This document shows positions 1 through 6,955 of a stretch of DNA of 52,222 nt, piece after piece. Position 1 is the first letter of the stretch, and the number at the start of each line of letters is the position of its first letter. The stretch comes from a virus. Taxonomy: Duplodnaviria; Caudoviricetes. The stretch is from the IMG/VR virus record IMGVR_UViG_3300043409_000384, positions 1 to 52,222 of that record; one strand, 5' to 3'. A model generated the notes under the pieces. That model was not told the DNA's origin and searched no databases. It was given only the letters and a program-made list of their open reading frames with translations. The translations under genes and the position numbers were made by a program.

Positions 1-57
1 TAGTATCTCAATACTAGATCAAGACCTATATGAAAATTAAATTTTTAAAGAACTGTG

Positions 58-107
58 TTAATTTCTTAACTTAACTCTAGTATAGCACCTTTACCATTTC
101 TGGACAA
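58..107 (-). promoter_or_regulatory. Putative sigma70-type early promoter (copy 1) with conserved downstream box
   Basis: Minus strand TTGTCC-N17-TATACT with extended -10 (TGC-TATACT), followed by AGAGTTAAGTTAAGAAATTAA. Confidence 0.65.
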
Positions 108-149
108 CTGTTATTTTCAACTGTTGCGTTTGTGCTACACCAGGTTCAG

Positions 150-199
150 TTAATTTCTTAACTTGCCTCTAGTATAGCAACGATTCCTTTAATGAGCAA
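150..199 (-). promoter_or_regulatory. Putative sigma70-type early promoter (copy 2) with the same downstream box
   Basis: Minus strand TTGCTC-N17-TATACT followed by AGAGGCAAGTTAAGAAATTAA; near-identical to copy 1 from the -10 onward. Confidence 0.65.
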
Positions 200-220
200 G
201 TAATACTTTTGTTTGCAACA

Positions 221-301
221 TGGTACCCCGGGTGAGATTTGAACTCACATTAAAATTTCTCCTTTTGAGAGAAACGACTTTGCCAATTTGTCTACCGGGG
301 C
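221..301 (-). tRNA. tRNA-Leu(CAA)
   Basis: Acceptor GCCCCGG/CCGGGGT, discriminator A plus encoded CCA, anticodon loop CT-CAA-AA, T arm GTGAG-TTCAAAT-CTCAC; variable region only 9 nt. Confidence 0.85.
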
Positions 302-304
302 AAT

Positions 305-380
305 TGGTAGCAACGGCTGGACTCGAACCAACCACACACGGATTTTCAATCCGTTGCTCTACCTGATGAGCTACGTTGCC
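305..380 (-). tRNA. tRNA-Phe(GAA)
   Basis: GGCAACG/CGTTGCT acceptor, ACGGA-TT-GAA-AA-TCCGT anticodon arm, GTTCGAGTCC T loop, encoded CCA. Confidence 0.95.
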
Positions 381-423
381 GTTTAATTTAAATTCAACAA
401 AAATGTTAACAATAAATAAATTT

Positions 424-1185
424 ATGTCAAACTATGATTATAAAATTTTCGATGATGCCATACCAGTTGAATTACAACAACAAGTATGGGACTATATGCA
501 ACATCAAGTTTGGTATGCATACCCGCGCGGTCATCAACTACTAAGATTTATACCAAATCGACACGGTTTGGATTTTCCAGAAAAAATGGAAAATGTTGAA
601 AATGGATCTTTTATGAGTAGGACTGCTTTTGCATTAGATGCACCAAGTCTTGAAAAAAATCATCCGTTAATACACACATTATGGAAAAATATAAACAAGT
701 TACACAATGATATATACGACTTAACCGGGCCAGGCGAGGGCATAAGAACCAGACCTGTAACCAATGACCAAAGTAGTATACCTGGATTAGACCCTGGGTG
801 GAGAGTATACACAAACGGTCAAGGATCAGAAAAAATAAAACGTAGTCATGGCATACACCGTGATAATATCAACATGAATGATGATAGCACTAGAACTATT
901 GTGTATGTTGCAAATATGCAGTGGCTTCCAAGTTGGATGGCTGAGTTAATATTCTATGGTGAAGATCCAGACGGCACAACACACGATCATCAGCAACACC
1001 AAGAAGCAGTTGGCGGACACACGCAACGTCGTAATTTTAAAATAGGGTGGCCCACTGATATTATTGCGGCAAAACCCGGAAGGATTATATCCTATGATGG
1101 TAGAATGTTACATACCACAAAACCCACGAGCATATTTGCACCACACATGCGTATTACTATTGCGTTTAGAGCACGTTTAAAATAA
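424..1185 (+). CDS. 2OG-Fe(II) oxygenase superfamily protein
   Basis: HxD (IHRD), distal His (MLHTT) and RxxxxF (RITIAFR) in DSBH-like spacing; start moved to ATG 424, which follows TAAATA and avoids overlap with tRNA-Phe. Confidence 0.8.
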   Translation: MSNYDYKIFDDAIPVELQQQVWDYMQHQVWYAYPRGHQLLRFIPNRHGLDFPEKMENVENGSFMSRTAFALDAPSLEKNHPLIHTLWKNINKLHNDIYDLTGPGEGIRTRPVTNDQSSIPGLDPGWRVYTNGQGSEKIKRSHGIHRDNINMNDDSTRTIVYVANMQWLPSWMAELIFYGEDPDGTTHDHQQHQEAVGGHTQRRNFKIGWPTDIIAAKPGRIISYDGRMLHTTKPTSIFAPHMRITIAFRARLK

Positions 1186-1187
1186 CC

Positions 1188-1277
1188 TGGCGGAAGTGGT
1201 AGGATTCGAACCTACGGACCTTGTCAAGTCTTTAGTTTTCAAGACTAATGCAATAAGCCAGACTCTGCCACACTTCC
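1188..1277 (-). tRNA. tRNA-Ser(TGA)
   Basis: GGAAGTG/CACTTCC acceptor, G discriminator plus CCA, TTAGT-CT-TGA-AA-ACTAA, long variable arm, GGTTCGAATCC. Confidence 0.95.
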
Positions 1278-1375
1278 GTATTCATAAACACACTGGTCCT
1301 TATCGATCCGGTCAGTGGATCCGCGTCAGTGCCTATGCACCCGCCGCTTTCGTCATCCGATGTGTTTATGAATAC
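1278..1375 (-). ncRNA. Putative structured ncRNA B of unknown family, abutting the 5' end of tRNA-Ser
   Basis: Perfect terminal stem GTATTCATAAACACA/TGTGTTTATGAATAC enclosing GC-rich hairpins GTGC-ATAG-GCAC and GATCC-ACTGACC-GGATC. Confidence 0.55.
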
Positions 1376-1515
1376 CCAGTATTGCTACTGGATATGTCGG
1401 GGTTGATACCCCGACCAGGAGTCTATTGTTCCACAAATGGAACTCCATGTATCCTGTCCGCCCGTTTAGGCATGTTTAGAGTGCGCCCGGGACCTCGTTC
1501 CCCCACACTACATAT
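1376..1515 (-). ncRNA. Putative structured ncRNA A of unknown family
   Basis: Dense run of hairpins: GTGTG..GGGAAC-GAG-GTCCC..CGCAC, GGAGT..ACTCC with GTTCCA-TTTG-TGGAAC as an inner or alternative helix, GTCGGGGT-ATCA-ACCCCGAC, CCAGTA-GCAA-TACTGG (GNRA loop); GC-richer than the flanks. Confidence 0.5.
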
Positions 1516-1519
1516 ACTG

Positions 1520-1684
1520 TTAAGTATAGATTTGTTTGCGTTCCTGAATCCTAGGTTGCATACGCATACGCTCGGCACGCTCTAACTTTGCTCGAATCAA
1601 CTCGTGTAGTTGTTCTTTGGTTAAAGTATGCTCACGCACATACGCCTGCTCTCTGGGACTAAGTTTTCTTTTATTATCTGTCAT
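1520..1684 (-). CDS. 54-aa basic small protein (MTDNKRKLSPREQAYVREHTLTKEQLHELIRAKLERAERMRMQPRIQERKQIYT)
   Basis: Translated by hand (below the ORF-track cutoff); SD-like AGGA 5 nt before the ATG; first gene after the attenuator terminator. Confidence 0.7.
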   Translation of the reverse strand: MTDNKRKLSPREQAYVREHTLTKEQLHELIRAKLERAERMRMQPRIQERKQIYT

Positions 1685-1693
1685 TGTATTCCT

Positions 1694-1729
1694 AAAAACA
1701 AAAAACCCTAGGGTTTTTAAGCCTAGGGT
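1694..1729 (-). terminator. Intrinsic terminator of a putative attenuator
   Basis: ACCCTAGG stem pairing with CCTAGGGT, followed by a U tract TTTTTGTTTTT. Confidence 0.85.
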
Positions 1730-1779
1730 CCTGGAGTTGGTGTGTACTATGTTAGTTACACGATGTCCTCCTGGACCCT
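1725..1779 (-). promoter_or_regulatory. Antiterminator hairpin overlapping the terminator 5' arm and the end of the leader ORF
   Basis: AGGGTCCAGGAG (1779-1768) pairs with CTCCAGGACCCT (1736-1725), 11 of 12 pairs, plus inner GTGTA/TACAC stem; mutually exclusive with the terminator. Confidence 0.8.
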
Positions 1780-1890
1780 GGTAATCTCTGGTGTGCGATC
1801 ATTACTTAGATTCGCAAACAGGCACCAATAGGCTGTTAGGCCTAACTGGGGCATCTGTTTTGGTGAATGTAAGGATAATGTTTGCATCAT
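1756..1890 (-). CDS. Putative 44-aa attenuator leader peptide (MMQTLSLHSPKQMPQLGLTAYWCLFANLSNDRTPEITRVQEDIV)
   Basis: ATG 7 nt after a consensus -10; contains all 20 amino acids; stop codon lies inside the antiterminator hairpin. Confidence 0.75.
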   Translation of the reverse strand: MMQTLSLHSPKQMPQLGLTAYWCLFANLSNDRTPEITRVQEDIV

Positions 1891-1897
1891 AGTGTCT

Positions 1898-1926
1898 ATT
1901 ATACTTTATTTATCTTTTGTTGTCAA
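1898..1926 (-). promoter_or_regulatory. Consensus sigma70 promoter with an embedded late-type ATAAATA
   Basis: TTGACA-ACAAAAGATAAATAAAG(17)-TATAAT. Confidence 0.9.
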
Positions 1927-1931
1927 TGACT

Positions 1932-2843
1932 TTATTTGATTTTGGATAAAATCTTTTGAACTCGTTGTCGCTCGGTAGTCAGGAATTGATGTGTATTATA
2001 CAACTGTTGTCTATCTGTGTCAACTCCTATCCGAACAAACATTTCTGGATCTTCTCCGAGTGATCGACTAAGTGCGGCACGTATGATAGCCAATGTGCGC
2101 GGATCTGCTGTACTGTTGGCCATTAACACCAACCAATTGGGACTGACTTCAAAACCACGTATGCCTTGTTCTTGTAATGTAGGAATACCCGGAAACTCAC
2201 GACTACGCCGTGTGCCTGTTACTGCCAATACTGTCACAGGTTGATCTTTTGCCACGCCCACGCCTGTGAACAATACCGTAATGTTGTTGCTGAGTATGTC
2301 TGTCAATGCGGCGGCCTCACCTCGGTAAGGGACATGAACCATTTGCACACCAGTTTTAATACCAAATAATTCCCCAGCAATGTGTGTGGCCGCACCGTTA
2401 CCACTGCTACCAAAGAACACAGGATCCCGTGTTGCCAACAACTTTGGCATGGTATTAACTGCACTCTTTGGATTTGTAATCAGGGCCAACTGTACTGTGC
2501 CCAGGGTGGCAACAGGCTCAAACTCTGCTAAATTGTACACACTATCGGCCTGTAGACTGTTTACCACCACAGCCAGGCTATGAATCAACAAAATAGTTTC
2601 AGATCCACGACTTTTTGCCACATAATTGGCACCTATGGCGCCACCTGCGCCTGCACGGTACTCTATTACATACGTATTCTGTGTATGCGTAGTTAGTGCT
2701 CGTTCTACAACGCGAGCGGCTTGATCTGCCGCACCACCAGGGGCAAATGGTACTACAATCCGAATTGTGTCTGCTTGAACAACACTACTGACCAAGATCG
2801 TAAGGCTGACTATAAAACCTTTTAAAACCTGAGTAAATGTCAT
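1932..2843 (-). CDS. Bug/TctC-family tripartite tricarboxylate transporter substrate-binding protein
   Basis: Signal peptide, then IVVPFAPGGAAD, GAGGAIG, GSSGNG, HVPYRG, PTLQEQG motifs typical of Bug proteins. Confidence 0.9.
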   Translation of the reverse strand: MTFTQVLKGFIVSLTILVSSVVQADTIRIVVPFAPGGAADQAARVVERALTTHTQNTYVIEYRAGAGGAIGANYVAKSRGSETILLIHSLAVVVNSLQADSVYNLAEFEPVATLGTVQLALITNPKSAVNTMPKLLATRDPVFFGSSGNGAATHIAGELFGIKTGVQMVHVPYRGEAAALTDILSNNITVLFTGVGVAKDQPVTVLAVTGTRRSREFPGIPTLQEQGIRGFEVSPNWLVLMANSTADPRTLAIIRAALSRSLGEDPEMFVRIGVDTDRQQLYNTHQFLTTERQRVQKILSKIK

Positions 2844-3918
2844 TGGGGTTAACTTTCCATTTGTTTGGCATAATACGCCATATATGTTCTAGGCCTGTAC
2901 GCCATGAGTACTTAGCCGGATCTGTGTCTGGCAATTTAAAAAACCATTCGTCCCTAGGTGTAAAAAATAAACTAGGTGCTTTGGCTTGGTATGGCACTGG
3001 ATACCATCCGGGATAGATCAATTGACTAATACCATCTACATTTAAGTAGTAGTATTGTTTGCCAATTTTCCGCCCCACAATATTCTTTTCATCTGTTGTG
3101 ATGTAAGGACTTGTGGGGGTTGCTAACTTCATGTAACGCTTAATAACATGGCTTTGTTTGACTGGAATCAGCAGAGCATCGGGACTCCAATAAAACATTT
3201 CATCAAACTCCCAGGGACGATTAAGCATCTGAGTGTTTCCACTGACTGCGGTGTCTACCATGTCAGTGAATGTAAAGTAGTAACGCCCTTTAACCTCTTG
3301 CACACGTGGTTTGTCAATTCCGTGTATAAAACACACACGCCTGCCAGCATTAATCATGTCACGCCAATGCGGTTCACGCAACTTAATATCCTGCTTGGCC
3401 GCATTATTGGGGTTAAGATATCCATTCATATGGTATATCCAATCAAACTTAGTTTCTTTAGCAGTAAAGTGATCTAGTGTTTGTTTTGCTAAATCAATAA
3501 TAGTGTGCTTGATCCAGGGTTGCTTTAATCTAGCAGTTTCTACTTTGGGTTTGGCCACATGATAGATTTCTCCATTTAAGAAGTTGGTCTTATCGTGTGT
3601 TGCCTCGTAGTTGACTTGACTAGCAACTTCATCTAGTTTGATGTTATTGTTGATGAATGTATTAAGAATGTTACTACTATCTGCACCGCCGCTAAACCAA
3701 AGTACAATGTAATCGTATTTGTCACGGATCTGTTGGGCACGTTGACGGTAGAGCTCTTCTAGCGTCTCGAGTGGCTCTACCCGCCAATCGACTGTGTTAA
3801 ATACAGCATCGTTAAAATCCCATTTTAAAGGTAATCCCACACGCTCGTGCTCGTGTGCGGCTTCTAACTTGCTGAAAAACTTCGCATCGCCAACTCGATA
3901 AAACCCAAACTGTTCCAT
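2785..3918 (-). CDS. PP-loop (adenine nucleotide alpha-hydrolase / asparagine synthase-like) protein, paralog 2
   Basis: FSGGADS PP-loop, GIDKP and FYW motifs shared with the adjacent gene. Confidence 0.7.
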   Translation of the reverse strand: MEQFGFYRVGDAKFFSKLEAAHEHERVGLPLKWDFNDAVFNTVDWRVEPLETLEELYRQRAQQIRDKYDYIVLWFSGGADSSNILNTFINNNIKLDEVASQVNYEATHDKTNFLNGEIYHVAKPKVETARLKQPWIKHTIIDLAKQTLDHFTAKETKFDWIYHMNGYLNPNNAAKQDIKLREPHWRDMINAGRRVCFIHGIDKPRVQEVKGRYYFTFTDMVDTAVSGNTQMLNRPWEFDEMFYWSPDALLIPVKQSHVIKRYMKLATPTSPYITTDEKNIVGRKIGKQYYYLNVDGISQLIYPGWYPVPYQAKAPSLFFTPRDEWFFKLPDTDPAKYSWRTGLEHIWRIMPNKWKVNPNDIYSGFKRFYSQPYDLGQ

Positions 3919-5102
3919 TAGCGCATTAAGTCCAACATGGCGTCCGTATTGACAAAGTCAGCAGGACCTAGGTCATAGAAGGTATCCATAAAGCCAGTAA
4001 AACCCACAGGTCGACCCATTTCGTAGGTAAAGAATTTGGGATCAATCTTATCTACCATGTGTGCCACACCGGCTTTCCATACTTCGTAGAAGCGAGTTTC
4101 TGAAAAGTTCTTAAAGAACCACCAGCCCATTTCACTGTAGAAGTTGTTGGTACTTTTCATTGTTTGCCAGGTGGTGGGATCGTAATCTTCATAGATCAAC
4201 GGACGGGCAATCTGTTCGTAGGCGTTGCGCTGTGCAGGACTGTGATTGGGCCAACGCATTAAAAACTGCAAATGCTTAGTATGTGGTAACTGGAACCAAT
4301 TACGAATAGTATGTGCCTGTTTGATAATCAATTCAGGGATGTCTGGTTGCCAGTAAAAATATTCTGTAGTCAAGTTGGTGTAAGGACCGATTGTGGGCTG
4401 ACTGTGATTGGCCTGTATGTCCAAGAAGTACAAGTACCAACGGCCATCTCGAATACAAATTTTAGGTTTGTCAATACCGTACAGTATACAAATACTCTTA
4501 CCCGACTCGGCCAATTGTTTGTGTCCATCTAGGCCCAAGGGATCGTGTTTGAATGTGTGTTCAGGATGCAGATAGTCTCTAGCACGTTCTACCCAGGACT
4601 CATCGCCCTTGTAGTCCAGTATGTTTTGACTAAAGTCATGCATGGTGATTTTGATTGTGGGATGACTGATGGCTAATTTTTGCAAGATGGGCTTGGCCGC
4701 AAAGTGCCATTCACTCAAGGTGTTTTCCGCTTTCATATTCTTGGCATCTGGTCCAAGATTCTTGTCACCCTGTGCAGGATAACGAAACACCACTTCGTCT
4801 AGGTGTATACCATTGTTAATAAAACTATACAACACCGTTGCACTATCACTGCCGCCTGAGAACTCTAGACGAATGTAATCGTATCGGTCTCGTAATTGTC
4901 GGGCCCGCATACGATACAGTTCACGCAGACTTGTTTCGGGTTCTATGGTTGTATCTATTCGACTGTATACTTCTCTGTTGAAGTTAAAGTGCGGAAAGTG
5001 TCCAGTAGCTGTGGCTTCCAATAAGGCCTGTGGCTTGCTGTAGAATCGTTTATCACCTACGGTGTAAAAGCCTAGTCTGGGATTTTGTTCTAGTGTTTGC
5101 AT
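3918..5102 (-). CDS. PP-loop (adenine nucleotide alpha-hydrolase / asparagine synthase-like) protein, paralog 1
   Basis: FSGGSDS PP-loop, LxELYRxRAxQxRDxYDY, GIDKP; stop/start overlap with paralog 2. Confidence 0.7.
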   Translation of the reverse strand: MQTLEQNPRLGFYTVGDKRFYSKPQALLEATATGHFPHFNFNREVYSRIDTTIEPETSLRELYRMRARQLRDRYDYIRLEFSGGSDSATVLYSFINNGIHLDEVVFRYPAQGDKNLGPDAKNMKAENTLSEWHFAAKPILQKLAISHPTIKITMHDFSQNILDYKGDESWVERARDYLHPEHTFKHDPLGLDGHKQLAESGKSICILYGIDKPKICIRDGRWYLYFLDIQANHSQPTIGPYTNLTTEYFYWQPDIPELIIKQAHTIRNWFQLPHTKHLQFLMRWPNHSPAQRNAYEQIARPLIYEDYDPTTWQTMKSTNNFYSEMGWWFFKNFSETRFYEVWKAGVAHMVDKIDPKFFTYEMGRPVGFTGFMDTFYDLGPADFVNTDAMLDLMR

Positions 5103-5107
5103 ATAGT

Positions 5108-5182
5108 TGGTCCGGCGTAGAGGAATCGAACCTCTATAATGACTTTAGAAGAATCATGTCCTATCCATTGAACGAACGCCAG
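5108..5182 (-). tRNA. tRNA-Arg(TCT)
   Basis: CTGGCGT/ACGCCGG acceptor, TGATT-CT-TCT-AA-AGTCA, GGTTCGATTCC, encoded CCA. Confidence 0.9.
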
Positions 5183-5186
5183 GATT

Positions 5187-5435
5187 TCATTCTACCTGTT
5201 GTCTTTGCCTTAAGGCCATGCCTGCGTAAGTGCCAACAGCCGCTCCCATCAGTGCTGGAATTATAGCCCAATGATCTTCGGTATAACTGATGACGGTTAT
5301 GGTTGCTGTAAGGGTAACCAGTACAGACCAAAAACTGGCCTGCATTGGCCGATTGTTTTGAACAGCCTTTATAAAATATACATAAAGTATATCGGTTGCA
5401 AACACAGCAAAGAATGTGATAATGTATGTTAACAT
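5187..5435 (-). CDS. Small membrane protein, about 3 hydrophobic helices
   Basis: 82 aa with three hydrophobic segments, lying between two tRNAs. Confidence 0.75.
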   Translation of the reverse strand: MLTYIITFFAVFATDILYVYFIKAVQNNRPMQASFWSVLVTLTATITVISYTEDHWAIIPALMGAAVGTYAGMALRQRQQVE

Positions 5436-5453
5436 ATAAACTTGATTGAATTT

Positions 5454-5530
5454 TGGTACGCCGAGTAGGGCTCGAACCTACGACCAAAGGATTATGAGTC
5501 CTCTGCTCTGACCAACTGAGCTATCAGCGC
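5454..5530 (-). tRNA. tRNA with CAT anticodon, probably Ile2 (lysidine-type); Met not excluded
   Basis: GCGCTGA/TCGGCGT acceptor, GAGGA-CT-CAT-AA-TCCTT, TGGTC variable loop like bacterial Ile2; lacks initiator features. Confidence 0.85.
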
Positions 5531-5539
5531 GATATGTAT

Positions 5540-5568
5540 ATTATATACTAAGAGTCTTTAGTTGTCAA
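5540..5568 (-). promoter_or_regulatory. Consensus sigma70 promoter for the CAT/Arg tRNA unit
   Basis: TTGACA-N17-TATAAT ending 9 nt upstream of the tRNA. Confidence 0.9.
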
Positions 5569-6947
5569 GCAGGTCTAAAGTCGAAAACGTATTTCTGATT
5601 GATACCACTTGCATAGTAGCTCTTGCCTGCTACCAATGCTATTGAGCCTTCAAAGTTTGGAGGATACACTGGCTTGAATTCGGTAATCTGCACATCATCA
5701 CCTACTGCTTTGGCCTGTGTGTATAGTTGCATCATACTGGCATAGTTCAAAAATTGCACACATCCTGCGCTAAAGTCGGGTGTGCTGTTGACATGCTGTG
5801 CAACTCGACCTGCAATGGCACTCAGTACCCAGTAACCATAATTCCAACCTGCGGCTGATTTCATTTTAAATGCTTCAGTCCAGGGTTGAGTCCAGGCAGG
5901 AGGATTTTCTGTGGTGTGTTCTTTGATCATGCGCTTGACATCTGCGGCTTGATCTACTGTGATAAATTTGTAGTCCTGTGCCAACAACAACGGTCCGTCT
6001 TGCATGTTGGCTTCAGCAATTTTCTTAACCAGGCTTGCCGCGATGGGAAACTCAGCTTCTAGGTCTTGTCCAGCTTTCTTTGCATTGGCAATACCTTCTA
6101 ACAAGTTACGCACACTGGCCGGAGCTCCTTTGGCTCCTTTACTGCTGACGCCAAGACTGAAATTGCCTGCACGAAGATAGAAGTCCACTAGGCCAAATGT
6201 TTTACCCTGTGGGAAATGCACAGCAAGTTTCTGCCATGGTGTATTGTTAAGAATCTTTTTACGAGCCTGATCAGCTTCGCCGCCCACCATGCCATATGTT
6301 AAGGCAATGCTTTGTAGCACTTCACCCAGGTTGTCACGCACCGCTTCCAAGTTTGCGGCTTCACCGGCAAATACGGGCAACTTTTTCCGAGCCATCATGT
6401 TGATGCCGTCTTTGATGGTTTGCTGAAGTGTGGTCACACCATTGATGTGTTTCAACAACTCCGCACCGTTGGTGGCTGTGTCAACTGCACCAAGAATGTC
6501 TTGTGGCTTGAAGCCGGCACGAGCTTTTTTGCTGGCTTTTAGTTCTGGACGCAGTCCGGGCACTTCATTATTGTCCCACTTGTGCATCATGCTGGGAAGA
6601 ATTTCGTCAAAATACTTGCCAAAGTACACAGGTTTACCATCACCGCCAACAAATTGTGCTAGACCAAAACCACGATGGCGTGGGCCCATGCGATTTGCCC
6701 AAGTGATAGGACGACCACTTTGTTGTTGTACTTGTTTGTCCACATGTACAACATTGGCTTGTAATTCTGCGGTATCTGCAAACTGTCCTCGTTGTGGATA
6801 GTTTTGTGTGCCAGCAAATTGATAAGGTGCGCCTACTTCTGCGCCAAATGTATTGTTGGGCACCGCAGTAAACGCAGGATCCATTGGGCTACGAGCATAG
6901 ATTCCGCGGCCTTCTGATACTGTGGCAATAACTTCAAAAATCTTCAT
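5565..6947 (-). CDS. Hypothetical protein, possibly virion-packaged (MKIFEV N-terminus)
   Basis: 460-aa ORF preceded by late-type TAAATA; N-terminus resembles those at 19720 and 33238. Confidence 0.75.
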   Translation of the reverse strand: MKIFEVIATVSEGRGIYARSPMDPAFTAVPNNTFGAEVGAPYQFAGTQNYPQRGQFADTAELQANVVHVDKQVQQQSGRPITWANRMGPRHRGFGLAQFVGGDGKPVYFGKYFDEILPSMMHKWDNNEVPGLRPELKASKKARAGFKPQDILGAVDTATNGAELLKHINGVTTLQQTIKDGINMMARKKLPVFAGEAANLEAVRDNLGEVLQSIALTYGMVGGEADQARKKILNNTPWQKLAVHFPQGKTFGLVDFYLRAGNFSLGVSSKGAKGAPASVRNLLEGIANAKKAGQDLEAEFPIAASLVKKIAEANMQDGPLLLAQDYKFITVDQAADVKRMIKEHTTENPPAWTQPWTEAFKMKSAAGWNYGYWVLSAIAGRVAQHVNSTPDFSAGCVQFLNYASMMQLYTQAKAVGDDVQITEFKPVYPPNFEGSIALVAGKSYYASGINQKYVFDFRPA

Positions 6948-6955
6948 ATAGTTAT

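Noticed and set aside
58-180. Two direct repeats of about 30 bp as a possible mini-CRISPR
   Set aside because: Only two copies with a spacer of about 60 bp, and they are explained by promoter motifs; no cas genes in the window.
1295-1345. Hammerhead-like arrangement CTGACGC-stem-GATA on the minus strand
   Set aside because: The core deviates from CUGANGA/GAAA and no UH cleavage site or stem III is evident.
1481-1500. GTGCGCCCGG resembling a group II intron 5' end, and weak RNase P-like GGGGGAACGAGGTCC on the other strand
   Set aside because: No domain V or intron-scale structure; RNase P conserved regions are not properly matched.
1196-1585. 129-aa plus-strand ORF
   Set aside because: Antisense to tRNA-Ser and the structured RNAs; its start is the typical translation of a reversed tRNA.
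5030-5487. ORFs 5030-5266 (+) and 5161-5487 (-)
   Set aside because: They overlap tRNA genes and the better-supported 82-aa membrane ORF.
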